Shown here: positions 47,737 through 56,306 of the stretch, piece by piece
Layout: each line of letters opens with the position of its first letter
Numbering within the stretch: the stretch's first letter is position 1
DNA from: Candidatus Woesearchaeota archaeon
GTDB taxonomy: Archaea > Nanobdellota > Nanobdellia > SCGC-AAA011-G17 > GW2011-AR18
Direction of reading: 5' to 3'
Length of the DNA: 64,000 nt
Assembly: GCA_018302765.1 (NCBI GenBank)
Contig: JAGVZG010000001.1
Location: forward strand, 68,482 to 132,481
The notes under the pieces: model-generated
What the model was told of the DNA's origin: nothing
The model's database searches: none
What the model saw: only the letters and a program-made list of their open reading frames with translations
Program-made: the position numbers and the translations under genes

Positions 47737-48102
47737 TTGAATACATTTTATATGACAAAATTTAAAGAAATTTCAAATCATGATTTTAGAGATTTTTTAT
47801 CAAAATTAGTTTCAGATTATAGATCTGGAAAATTACCTACAAGTAAAGCAACCCATAATTTTAAAGTTGAGAAAATTGATTTTAGGATTGAGGCTGATGG
47901 TATTTTATCATCTGCTTTTAAATGCTCAGATGTTGAATTATCTATAGAAGTCTCGTATGATCTTATGCAATTTTCTATTAATTATCCTAATCGCGGAAAT
48001 CCAAGTACTAGAATTATTGTCCCAAGGTATAATATTTTGTCGCCTAGTAATGATATCTATAAAATTTCATTTAAAGATTTGGAAATTGTACTGAGATTTT
48101 AG
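47737..48102 (+). CDS. hypothetical protein
   Basis: 121-aa ORF. Confidence 0.4.
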   Translation: MNTFYMTKFKEISNHDFRDFLSKLVSDYRSGKLPTSKATHNFKVEKIDFRIEADGILSSAFKCSDVELSIEVSYDLMQFSINYPNRGNPSTRIIVPRYNILSPSNDIYKISFKDLEIVLRF

Positions 48103-48352
48103 TTTTTGATATTTATTTGTTTCTAGTTAAAATAATCTTTCTAAGTTCATTATCTAATAACTTTGTATTTTTAATCTGTGTTTTTGTTTCTATTTGCTTG
48201 CAGATTTTTCTTATTATTTCTTTCATAGTGCTGCCTTGGTAATTGTTATGGGATTTTTTGACTTAAATAGCTTTATATATTAGTTATAAGACATATTTTT
48301 TAGTCAACATCTACTTCTTTGGAAGTATTTGTTATTATAGGAGGAATATAGA

Positions 48353-48520
48353 ATGAGAGAAGGACACGGCAGATCTGGTGGTTTTAGAAGTATGGGTCCT
48401 AGAGAAATGCACGACGCAGTTTGTCATAAGTGCGGCGAACAGACTCAAGTACCATTTAAACCGGCAGAAGGAAGACCTGTATTTTGTAAGAAGTGTTACA
48501 TGGAAAATAAAGGAATGTAA
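48353..48520 (+). CDS. small Zn-ribbon protein (55 aa), not in the ORF track
   Basis: GGAGG Shine-Dalgarno 8 nt upstream of the ATG. The product is MREGHGRSGGFRSMGPREMHDAVCHKCGEQTQVPFKPAEGRPVFCKKCYMENKGM (CxxC-x17-CxxC). Confidence 0.5.
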   Translation: MREGHGRSGGFRSMGPREMHDAVCHKCGEQTQVPFKPAEGRPVFCKKCYMENKGM

Positions 48521-48567
48521 TAACCTCAATAATATAGCGTTCTAATCTAATTAATTATTTTTTATTT

Positions 48568-48939
48568 TTGTTTAATTTTTTAGGAATATTTATAATTTTT
48601 GTTCATTATGAATTTTATGGAAGCAATAGAAAATCCTTATTGCCTTATTTCAAAGCTGTAAGTCAAGTATTAAGAGGAACAGTTGTTGAAGATCTTGATA
48701 GTATTAGGGATAAATGTAATGAAAGATTTTTTGCTTCTGTTGATCGTAGTTTAGGTAGAATTGTTGGTTATACTCCGGAAGCTATCATAATAAGTTATGC
48801 AGCAGATGCGGAAAATAGAATTCTTAGGGGTGAAGATCCTATAATTTTATATAATGTTTTTAAAGGGCTTGACCCTTCTATAGCTAGGAGTAAATATAGA
48901 ACTATTCTTGAACATACTGCGTCTGAGCATTTACATTAA
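48568..48939 (+). CDS. hypothetical protein
   Basis: 123-aa ORF; the N-terminal 20 codons are doubtful. Confidence 0.35.
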   Translation: MFNFLGIFIIFVHYEFYGSNRKSLLPYFKAVSQVLRGTVVEDLDSIRDKCNERFFASVDRSLGRIVGYTPEAIIISYAADAENRILRGEDPIILYNVFKGLDPSIARSKYRTILEHTASEHLH

Positions 48940-48974
48940 AAATGTTTATATATTAGTTTAAGCCGTATAATTAT

Positions 48975-49775
48975 ATGGGAAAACTTGTCTTAGGCTTGTT
49001 TCTTCTGGTTTTACTTTTTGGTTGTACTCAACAGACTATTAATCAAGAGAAGGTTTCTTCTGGAAGGGTTGTTTTTGTGGTTACAGATGCTGCAGCAGAT
49101 ATGAAGATAGCCACAAATGTAAAATTAACTTTTGATAGTGTAGAAGTTCATAGCAATACAGAAGGATGGACAAATGTATCTTCTACTCCTAAAACTTATG
49201 ATTTGCTGCAGCTGACTGAAGGTCATAAAGTTATATTAGCTGATGTTCAATTAAAAGAAGGAACATATCAACAAGTTCGTTTAGATGTTTCAAAAGTTGT
49301 TGTGACAGATGCTAGTGGTGATCATGAAGCTAAATTGCCTTCTGGAGAATTGAAGATAGTTGGCGAGTTGGTAGTTAAATCTAATACAACTACTGCAGTA
49401 ACTTTTGACTTTATTATGAATGAGTCATTGCACGTAACTGGAAATGGTAAGTATATATTGGCTCCTGTTGTACGTTTAGAAATACATGAGGATGCTGATA
49501 TTAAACCTCAGCCATATGGTAAATTTGAAGTTATAGGTAAATTAAAAACTAATGTTAAAGTTGGTATGGATATTAATGGAAATTTTGGTACTGGTCTTAG
49601 CATTCCAAAAGGTAGCGAGTTATCAATTGAAAATGATAAAGTTAAAGTTGGCGCAAGAATTACAGGCGCTGCTGTTAGTGAGAAACCAAAAGTTGTTGTT
49701 CGTGATTTATCTTCTGATAGCGGTGATGATGGTGGTATTGTTGATATAGAGGGTTATTCTATTGTTAATCAGTAG
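48975..49775 (+). CDS. secreted lipoprotein (DUF4382-like)
   Basis: Signal peptide plus LFGC lipobox-like Cys. The YDLLQLTEG...GTYQQVRLDV...LPSGELKI pattern resembles the DUF4382 family. Confidence 0.45.
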   Translation: MGKLVLGLFLLVLLFGCTQQTINQEKVSSGRVVFVVTDAAADMKIATNVKLTFDSVEVHSNTEGWTNVSSTPKTYDLLQLTEGHKVILADVQLKEGTYQQVRLDVSKVVVTDASGDHEAKLPSGELKIVGELVVKSNTTTAVTFDFIMNESLHVTGNGKYILAPVVRLEIHEDADIKPQPYGKFEVIGKLKTNVKVGMDINGNFGTGLSIPKGSELSIENDKVKVGARITGAAVSEKPKVVVRDLSSDSGDDGGIVDIEGYSIVNQ

Positions 49776-49813
49776 AATAGTAGTTTTTTAAATTTTCTTG
49801 TTTCTCTATTTTT

Positions 49814-50340
49814 ATGAGTTTAGATAAAATTGTTTACAATGGTCTTATACTTGCAATTTATGAATATATAATAATATTTGGAGATTCTTTTTGGAGCAGT
49901 GTTAGAAAAATAGCAGCTGAAAGGCATAGTACTAATTTAGATTTATCTTTTAATTTTTTTGAATCTGCTTCTGAGGCTTGGGAAGACACTAGAAGCAAAG
50001 CTTATGATTTGTATATAATAGATGGTGCTTGCGATAATGAAGTTTTAAAAAACAAAGTTTTTCTAGAGCTCTTCGGGATATTTATCCTTCTAGATATATT
50101 TTAGGCGTTAGTGCGAATGCAGGATTTTTAAGAGCAGACTATTTTGCCAGAGAAAATAACCCTTATAGTAGTATTATATCTACACTTAGTTTAAATCCGG
50201 GGTCATTTATAAGGGTTTTAGTTGATGGTAGTTTTATACCTGAGGATACTAATAATATCACGCCTGAAGAAGATAAATTAGTTGATAGACTTATTGATGA
50301 TAGGAGAGTAGGTAGAATTCTTGAGGATGAAGGTTATTAA
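49814..50340 (+). pseudogene. frameshifted gene: ORF 49814-50104 continues in another frame (50054-50340) across a T5 homopolymer
   Basis: The second frame is stop-free for ~95 codons with protein-like sequence (ALRDIYPSRYILGVSANAGFLRADYFARENNPY...). The junction is at aaagtttttcta (~50063-50074). Confidence 0.35.
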
Positions 50341-50347
50341 CAATTGT

Positions 50348-51055
50348 TTATATTTTTCTTGCAAATACTAAAAAAGCTGTATGTCCAAGCATTTGATTTT
50401 TAGGACGGACTTTTAATCCTTCAATATGCCACTCCCTTTCCAATAATTCTGAAACTTTCCACAGGTAGAATTTATTTTCTAAGTTTTTTACAAATTCCAT
50501 AACTTGCGTTATTGTTGGAAGATAAGCAACCAGAAAAGCTCCAGATTTTAAAGATTTCTGAGCATGATCAATAACTTTCCAAGGTTCTAATAAATCTAAA
50601 GTTATAATATCTAGGTCTTTTTCTTCTATTCCTTCATAAATATCTTGGTTTTTTATTTCTACTTTTAATTTTAAGTTTTCCAGATTTTCTTTTGCTATTT
50701 TATAAAATTCTGGATTTATTTCATAAGTTGTAACATCACAACCTATTCTAGCTAGATGCGCAGCTATTTTTCCAGATCCAGATCCTACATCAACTACTTT
50801 TGATTTTACACCAATTCCTGTTTCTGTTATAATTAATCCTATATCTTTAATGTGTGCTATTGCTGGACCTCTTTTTATTCCATGAATATTATCACTAAAA
50901 TTTGCATCAAATACTAGAAATTCCTTACCTATATCACTTTTAACTATGCCAGGTTTAATTTCTTTTTCTCTTATTACTCCAAACATACTATGGAAATCTC
51001 CTTTTTTATAATTAGATAAGTTTCCTTTTCTGTCTATTATTATTTTTGTAATCAT
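50348..51055 (-). CDS. trmI: tRNA (adenine57/58-N1)-methyltransferase TrmI
   Basis: VVDVGSGSGKIAAHLA SAM motif, DLLEPW (DLPxPW) motif, and an N-terminal beta-barrel domain; 235 aa. Confidence 0.7.
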   Translation of the reverse strand: MITKIIIDRKGNLSNYKKGDFHSMFGVIREKEIKPGIVKSDIGKEFLVFDANFSDNIHGIKRGPAIAHIKDIGLIITETGIGVKSKVVDVGSGSGKIAAHLARIGCDVTTYEINPEFYKIAKENLENLKLKVEIKNQDIYEGIEEKDLDIITLDLLEPWKVIDHAQKSLKSGAFLVAYLPTITQVMEFVKNLENKFYLWKVSELLEREWHIEGLKVRPKNQMLGHTAFLVFARKI

Positions 51056-51459
51056 AGCAATTTTCTCATTGATTTTTTCAAATTTTTTATTTTATTTATT
51101 ATTAATTCTGCTTCTTCTATAGAGACATCTTTTCCATAATAATTTATATTGTTTCTTATCTTTCTTATTTCATCAAATTCTTCTGCTTGTGAATTCATTT
51201 TTAGAATTTCTTTTAGAAATGGCGTGTAACATTCATGATTGTATATTTTGTATTTGTTTTTTATTGCTATTGCTTCTAGTAGTTCTCTTAGTGAATCATA
51301 AACTAAGCTTATTTTTGAACTTGCAGTTATTTTATCCATAATTAGCTTATCTTCTGATAGTTCTTTGTTTTTACTTGATTTTATTAAAGAATTAATTAAT
51401 TCGTTATCAATGTTAATTTCTTTTGCTATTCTTTTATTGCAACATTCTTTCCAATCCAT
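51052..51459 (-). CDS. HEPN-like domain protein (partner of adjacent nucleotidyltransferase)
   Basis: All-alpha 135-aa protein. IRKIRNNINYYG resembles Rx4-6H with Tyr in place of His. Confidence 0.45.
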   Translation of the reverse strand: MDWKECCNKRIAKEINIDNELINSLIKSSKNKELSEDKLIMDKITASSKISLVYDSLRELLEAIAIKNKYKIYNHECYTPFLKEILKMNSQAEEFDEIRKIRNNINYYGKDVSIEEAELIINKIKNLKKSMRKLL

Positions 51460-51968
51460 TATAGTCTTAACCTTCCGCTTAATGTTACTCCATTAATAAT
51501 ACTATTTTTTAATTCGTTGTTTTTAACTTCCTCCATTGATTTAAACCATAATATTTGAATTTTTCTTTTTATTCTAGCTTCAAAATTTTTTATGTCTATA
51601 TCTTTTTTTATACCTATAATTGCTATGTCTATGTCTGAATCTTCCTTAATTTCTCCTTTTGAAGTTGAACCAAAAAGTATTATTGTTTGTGTTATTAGTT
51701 TTTTTTCTATGTGTTCTATAAATTCTTTTAATCTTAATCTCCAGTAGATTTTTGATAATTCTATAAACAATTTATTTTCTTTATTTGCATAGAATAACAT
51801 ATAATTTTTGTATTCTTCCATTAGCAATAATCCTTCTTTTTTGTAGTAAGATAGTAGTTTTGATGCTGTAGGGGGAGAAATCTTAACTAATTTTCCATAT
51901 TCCCTGACATTTATTCTTCTATAATTATCTTCGAAGAATGGTTGTAAATCATTAATTATTTTTAACAT
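51459..51968 (-). CDS. minimal nucleotidyltransferase (MNT) with N-terminal winged-helix domain
   Basis: GSTSKGEIKEDSDIDIAI (the GSx9-13DxD NTase motif). Its stop overlaps the HEPN-like start. Confidence 0.6.
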   Translation of the reverse strand: MLKIINDLQPFFEDNYRRINVREYGKLVKISPPTASKLLSYYKKEGLLLMEEYKNYMLFYANKENKLFIELSKIYWRLRLKEFIEHIEKKLITQTIILFGSTSKGEIKEDSDIDIAIIGIKKDIDIKNFEARIKRKIQILWFKSMEEVKNNELKNSIINGVTLSGRLRL

Positions 51969-52085
51969 ATGTAAAATATATTTAACACTTGTTTAAATAA
52001 CTTTCTATATTTTCCTGTTTTTATTGCATAGTTAAAGTGACTACAATTAATAATTATTTTGTTGTTTTGAGTCAAATTTAAATAA

Positions 52086-52598
52086 TTGTTAATGTCTTGT
52101 AATGGTGTGAATATAAAACAAAAATTAATTTACTTAAATATGATAGAGAAGGGAGAATTTCTTTTAAGGAGTGGTGGGAAAAGTAATATTTATTTTAATG
52201 TTAAAAAAGCATATGGAAATCCAGGCTTGCTGAGTAATATTGCAGATAATTTATTTAATTTGTTTGATAAGAATATCACATGCGTAGCTGCTTCTGGCCA
52301 TGGAGGTTTACCTTTAGCTACAGTTATAAGCCAGACTTATGATTTACCTTTGGTTTTAGTCAGACAAGAAATTAAAGATCATGGTTTGCAGAATAGTATT
52401 GACGGTTATATTCCTAATAAGACTGACAACGTTGCTGTAGTTGATGATGTTTTTACAACTGGAAGTAGTTTGTTAGATACAATAAGTATTTTGAAGAGTA
52501 TTACAAACATTGAAGGTTGTTATGTTGTTTTTAGAAGAACAGAGAATGATTTTAATTATAAGATTAAATTTTTATTTGATTACAGAGAATTTTTGTAA
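52086..52598 (+). CDS. type I phosphoribosyltransferase (orotate PRTase-like)
   Basis: PRPP-binding motif VAVVDDVFTTGSSL; 170 aa. Confidence 0.5.
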   Translation: MLMSCNGVNIKQKLIYLNMIEKGEFLLRSGGKSNIYFNVKKAYGNPGLLSNIADNLFNLFDKNITCVAASGHGGLPLATVISQTYDLPLVLVRQEIKDHGLQNSIDGYIPNKTDNVAVVDDVFTTGSSLLDTISILKSITNIEGCYVVFRRTENDFNYKIKFLFDYREFL

Positions 52599-52604
52599 AA
52601 ATTT

Positions 52605-52754
52605 TGGTGCGGGGGACAGGACTTTCGTTTTTGTTTAAACTTTTTCAAAAAGTTTGTATTCGAACCTGCGTAGGCCTGAGCCAGTAGCTCTTGAGGCTAC
52701 CCCGTCAAGCCATGGTTAATTTATAATCCATTTTGGCCACTCCGGCACCCCCGC
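52605..52754 (-). tRNA. tRNA-Leu(CAA) with two putative non-canonical introns (D-loop region and T-loop/T-stem junction), encoded CCA
   Basis: Acceptor GCGGGGG/CCCCCGC with discriminator A and CCA. Anticodon stem GTAGC/GCTAC with loop CTCAAGA (anticodon CAA). A long variable arm is present. The T-arm GCAGG-TTCGAAT...CCTGT is interrupted by a 37-nt insert containing hairpin AAACTTTTT-G-AAAAAGTTT. A ~26-nt insert lies between the D-loop and the 3' D-stem. Mature length is ~86 nt. Confidence 0.6.
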
Positions 52755-52841
52755 TTACAAAATAGATTTTAATGTTTATTTATAAGTATTTCTGACTAGC
52801 TATTCAAAATATTTATTAACATAACATTAACTTAATTTATT

Positions 52842-53987
52842 GTGTCTAAAATAAATAAAAAAGTTGTGTGGCTTGGAATAGCTAGCTTTTTTAGTGATGT
52901 TGCTTCTGAGATGATTTTTCCAATATTGCCTTTGTTCTTTGCTAATGTTCTAAACCTAAATAAATCAGTAATTGGATTAATTGAAGGGACAGCTGAGAGT
53001 TTTTCTTCTTTACTTAAAGTATTTGCTGGCTGGTTAAGTGATAAATTAAAGAAGAGAAGGATTTTTTTATTATTTGGCTATGGAGTTCCTGTATTAACTA
53101 AGCCAATATTAGCACTATCTACAATATGGCAATATGTTTTTTTGTTCAGATTTTTTGATAGAACTGGAAAGGGATTAAGAACAAGCCCAAGAGATGCATT
53201 GATTTCAGAGTTAAGTGATGTAAAAATAAGAGGTGAATATTTTGGTTTTCATAGAACGATGGATACACTTGGAGCTGTTCTAGGTGTTTTGGTTACTGTG
53301 TTTTTAATATATTTTGTAGGAAACCAATATAGATTTATATTCTGGCTAACATTAATACCTGCATTTATTTCTTTTCTAATTATACTTTTATTTGTCAAGG
53401 AAAGCAAAAATAAGTTTGTCAGTAATTTTAAATTTAGTTTTAGTAACCTTGACGGCAAGTTCAAGAAGTTTATTTTTGTCAGTTTCTTGTTTTCCTTGGC
53501 TAACTTTAGTTATGCTTTTTTTATTTTAAGAGTTAATGAATTAGGAATTGCTTTGTTTTTAATACCTTTATTGTATTTGGTTTACAATATTTTTTATGCT
53601 TCTGCATCATTGCCTTTTGGAAAATTGAGTGATAAAATTGGAAGATTACCAACTTTATTTTTAGGATATGTTTTATTTGCTTTATTGTGTTTAGGATTTG
53701 TATTTGTAAAGAATAGTTTATTTTTGTGGTTGTTATTCGCTATATATGGTATTGTTGTAGCAATAGTGCAGACTGTACCAAGTGCTTATATTGGTGACTT
53801 AATAGAACAAGATAAAAGAGGAACTGCTTATGGTATTTATTTTGCAGTTGTAGGATTTACTATTTTATTATCCAATATTATTGCTGGTATTTTGTGGGAT
53901 AAGTTTACTTTTGCTGGAGCTTTTTACTTTGGGGCTGTAGTTTCTTTTTTAAGTGCTATAATTTTAGTTTTATTGTTTAGAAAGTAG
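52842..53987 (+). CDS. MFS transporter
   Basis: 12 predicted TM segments and an MFS loop motif region (DRTGKGLRTSPRDAL). Confidence 0.7.
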   Translation: MSKINKKVVWLGIASFFSDVASEMIFPILPLFFANVLNLNKSVIGLIEGTAESFSSLLKVFAGWLSDKLKKRRIFLLFGYGVPVLTKPILALSTIWQYVFLFRFFDRTGKGLRTSPRDALISELSDVKIRGEYFGFHRTMDTLGAVLGVLVTVFLIYFVGNQYRFIFWLTLIPAFISFLIILLFVKESKNKFVSNFKFSFSNLDGKFKKFIFVSFLFSLANFSYAFFILRVNELGIALFLIPLLYLVYNIFYASASLPFGKLSDKIGRLPTLFLGYVLFALLCLGFVFVKNSLFLWLLFAIYGIVVAIVQTVPSAYIGDLIEQDKRGTAYGIYFAVVGFTILLSNIIAGILWDKFTFAGAFYFGAVVSFLSAIILVLLFRK

Positions 53988-54520
53988 GTTTTTAGTTTTA
54001 TTATACATAGTATTATTATTAATAACATTGCAGTTATATTCATTAAAGGTATTGTTATGTATCCATATTGCATAAAACTTGTTTGAGAACAAGAAGGTCC
54101 TGTCGCTGAGCATACTGCATTTTGCACAGTAAAAAATACATTTTTTATTTGTAAACTATAATGATAAGTCCCTATTAACAGGCTTATTGCTGCAAGAGAT
54201 AGTATACACTTTGCGTATACTCTTTCTTTTGTAATTAAGCTCACTAATGCAATTATAAGTATTGGATATGTAAATGCTCTTTGATACCAGCATAGTTTAC
54301 ATGGATCTATTCCTGCAATTTCTGATATAAATAAACTAGCTAGAACTGCTATTAGGCTTATTGCTATTATTATTTCTATGTTTCTTTCATACAGAAATTT
54401 GTTTATTTTATCTGATATTTTATTTTTTGTGACTAATGTAATTATATAAATTAAAATAAATATCTGGATAATTAAAGTCCCAGTTGATAGTATATTTATT
54501 ATTATTTCTTTGGCAGTCAT
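53924..54520 (-). CDS. DsbB/BdbC-like disulfide bond formation membrane protein
   Basis: Four TM helices. DPCKLCWYQR (the PCxLCxYQR DsbB signature) is in the first extracytoplasmic loop, with a second Cys pair CSATGPSC. Confidence 0.55.
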   Translation of the reverse strand: MTAKEIIINILSTGTLIIQIFILIYIITLVTKNKISDKINKFLYERNIEIIIAISLIAVLASLFISEIAGIDPCKLCWYQRAFTYPILIIALVSLITKERVYAKCILSLAAISLLIGTYHYSLQIKNVFFTVQNAVCSATGPSCSQTSFMQYGYITIPLMNITAMLLIIILCIIKLKTYFLNNKTKIIALKKETTAPK

Positions 54521-54522
54521 TT

Positions 54523-54900
54523 TTATTGTGGAATTTCACATCCGCTATACTGGCTTAACTGCTCAAATGGTAATTCTCTTTCTACTCTTTTACTATCTTT
54601 AAATTCCCAAGTAGGATATCTTCTTATTCCTGCTTGGTTGCATTCTTGGGTCTGGCCTTTTCCATCAGGAAGTGAACATTCAATGTAGTTAATGTGCTTG
54701 AAAGAATCTCCAAACATTTCTTTTTGATTTTTACAATGAGAGCACCAGTATGCACCATACATCTTTGTTCCATTTTCTGTCAGGCATTTTGCAAAGTTGT
54801 CATACTTACTTTCTTTTGTCACATTACCTGTTGAAGTGCAAGCACTTATAGCAGTGCCTGTTAACACAAATAGAATTATTATTATTGCTAATTTTTTCAT
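54523..54900 (-). CDS. thioredoxin-fold lipoprotein (DsbA/BdbA-like)
   Basis: Signal peptide followed by Cys (ISAC) and a WCSHC CxxC active site. It is immediately upstream of the DsbB-like gene. Confidence 0.6.
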   Translation of the reverse strand: MKKLAIIIILFVLTGTAISACTSTGNVTKESKYDNFAKCLTENGTKMYGAYWCSHCKNQKEMFGDSFKHINYIECSLPDGKGQTQECNQAGIRRYPTWEFKDSKRVERELPFEQLSQYSGCEIPQ

Positions 54901-54995
54901 AAACTTCTATTTTTTAATTCTTATTTATAAAGTTTATTAAAGTAAGTTCTTTATGTAACAAATAGTTTTATTAATCTTTAATTGAATCCTATTTT

Positions 54996-55934
54996 ATGGG
55001 ATACTTATTGTTTCTGAATAAGTTTGACTTAGACAAGGAAAAACTAAAGAATAAGATAAATAATTTGGATAACTCTGCTAAATTTGAATATGATGAAGGA
55101 AGATTATTTGTAAATACTAAACTAGATCCTGAGAATTTTTTAGAGCTTCAAGAAGTTTCTAAATTATGCGTTGTTTTTAATCATTGGAAAAAATTTAGTT
55201 TTAAAATTTTGAAGGAAGATTGTTTGAGGCTTTGCCAGGATAAAAACATTAAAAGTTATTTTATTGAAGTAAAGTTTCATAATAAAGTTCCTATGTCTGC
55301 AAGTTCTTTATACAAACATATTAATCCTTATCTTAAGCATGAAGGCATTTTAGTTAATGAAGAAAACGGAAACATAATTTATTTAGAGTTTAAGAAGATC
55401 AATGGTATATTAAATTATAGATTAAGTTATTCTAAGAAAGAATACTGGTATAAAATTAATAATATTGATGTTGATCTAAGCAGGTTTGTTGTTGTTATTG
55501 AAAATCCAACTTTGGTTAGTGAAGTTTCTGATTTTTTAAGACTATGCTGGATCTTTAGATTGCCTTTATACATTTTAACTGGAGATAAAGTTGGTTTTGG
55601 TAATATACTTAAAAAAGCAAAAGAAGAAACAAAAGGAATAGACTATGAAAAGTTTAAATTAAATATTGCTGAAAAAATTCCTACAGGATTTGTGCTTGTC
55701 GGATTTAGCAAACATGCCAATAGAAATGAAAAATATATGAAAGATGTAATTTTTAACGATGCAAAAATTGCTTTGGTATTTGGGGATGATAAATATGGAT
55801 TAACGCAAGAAACCAGAGACAAGTTAAATTATTGCTTTAGATTAACTCCTGAAATTAAAAAGCCATTAAGAGCAAGCCATGCTTTAAGTTACGTTATTGG
55901 TTTTTATACTGCTTATAAAATTTTAGATAAATAA
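54996..55934 (+). CDS. SPOUT-class RNA methyltransferase with N-terminal extension
   Basis: C-terminal SpoU-like motifs (IALVFGDDKYGLTQE ... LRASHALSYVIGFY). Confidence 0.5.
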   Translation: MGYLLFLNKFDLDKEKLKNKINNLDNSAKFEYDEGRLFVNTKLDPENFLELQEVSKLCVVFNHWKKFSFKILKEDCLRLCQDKNIKSYFIEVKFHNKVPMSASSLYKHINPYLKHEGILVNEENGNIIYLEFKKINGILNYRLSYSKKEYWYKINNIDVDLSRFVVVIENPTLVSEVSDFLRLCWIFRLPLYILTGDKVGFGNILKKAKEETKGIDYEKFKLNIAEKIPTGFVLVGFSKHANRNEKYMKDVIFNDAKIALVFGDDKYGLTQETRDKLNYCFRLTPEIKKPLRASHALSYVIGFYTAYKILDK

Positions 55935-56206
55935 CTGCCAATTGTTGCTCCTGTATAAATTCCTAATGATCCTGAAATTCTTCCTGAATTATCAGTTTTA
56001 AAAAATGGCAGATAACTCATTAATAACGTACTTGAAGTTGCAATCTCAGGATACTTTTTAATTCCTATACTTCCAAAAATATAACCACAAACTAAGCCAA
56101 ACCCTAATGCCACAATAAACTTTTCAATAAAAATTCTTTCTCCTACATTTTCTTCTCTTTTATTGCTTACTTCAACTGCTAAATCTTCTAATCTTATATC
56201 TTCCAT
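55913..56206 (-). CDS. small membrane protein
   Basis: 97-aa ORF with two hydrophobic segments. Confidence 0.3.
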   Translation of the reverse strand: MEDIRLEDLAVEVSNKREENVGERIFIEKFIVALGFGLVCGYIFGSIGIKKYPEIATSSTLLMSYLPFFKTDNSGRISGSLGIYTGATIGSYLSKIL

Positions 56207-56306
56207 AGTAAAGAGAAATTTACTTTATTTATAAATTTTACTATCTTAATTACTTATAAGTAGTAAAAATAGTAAGGTTTATAAACTTTGAACACTCATT
56301 ATTTTT

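Noticed and set aside
48335-48529. 64-aa minus-strand ORF
   Set aside because: It overlaps a plus-strand Zn-ribbon ORF that has a canonical GGAGG ribosome-binding site and CxxC motifs, and the minus frame has neither.
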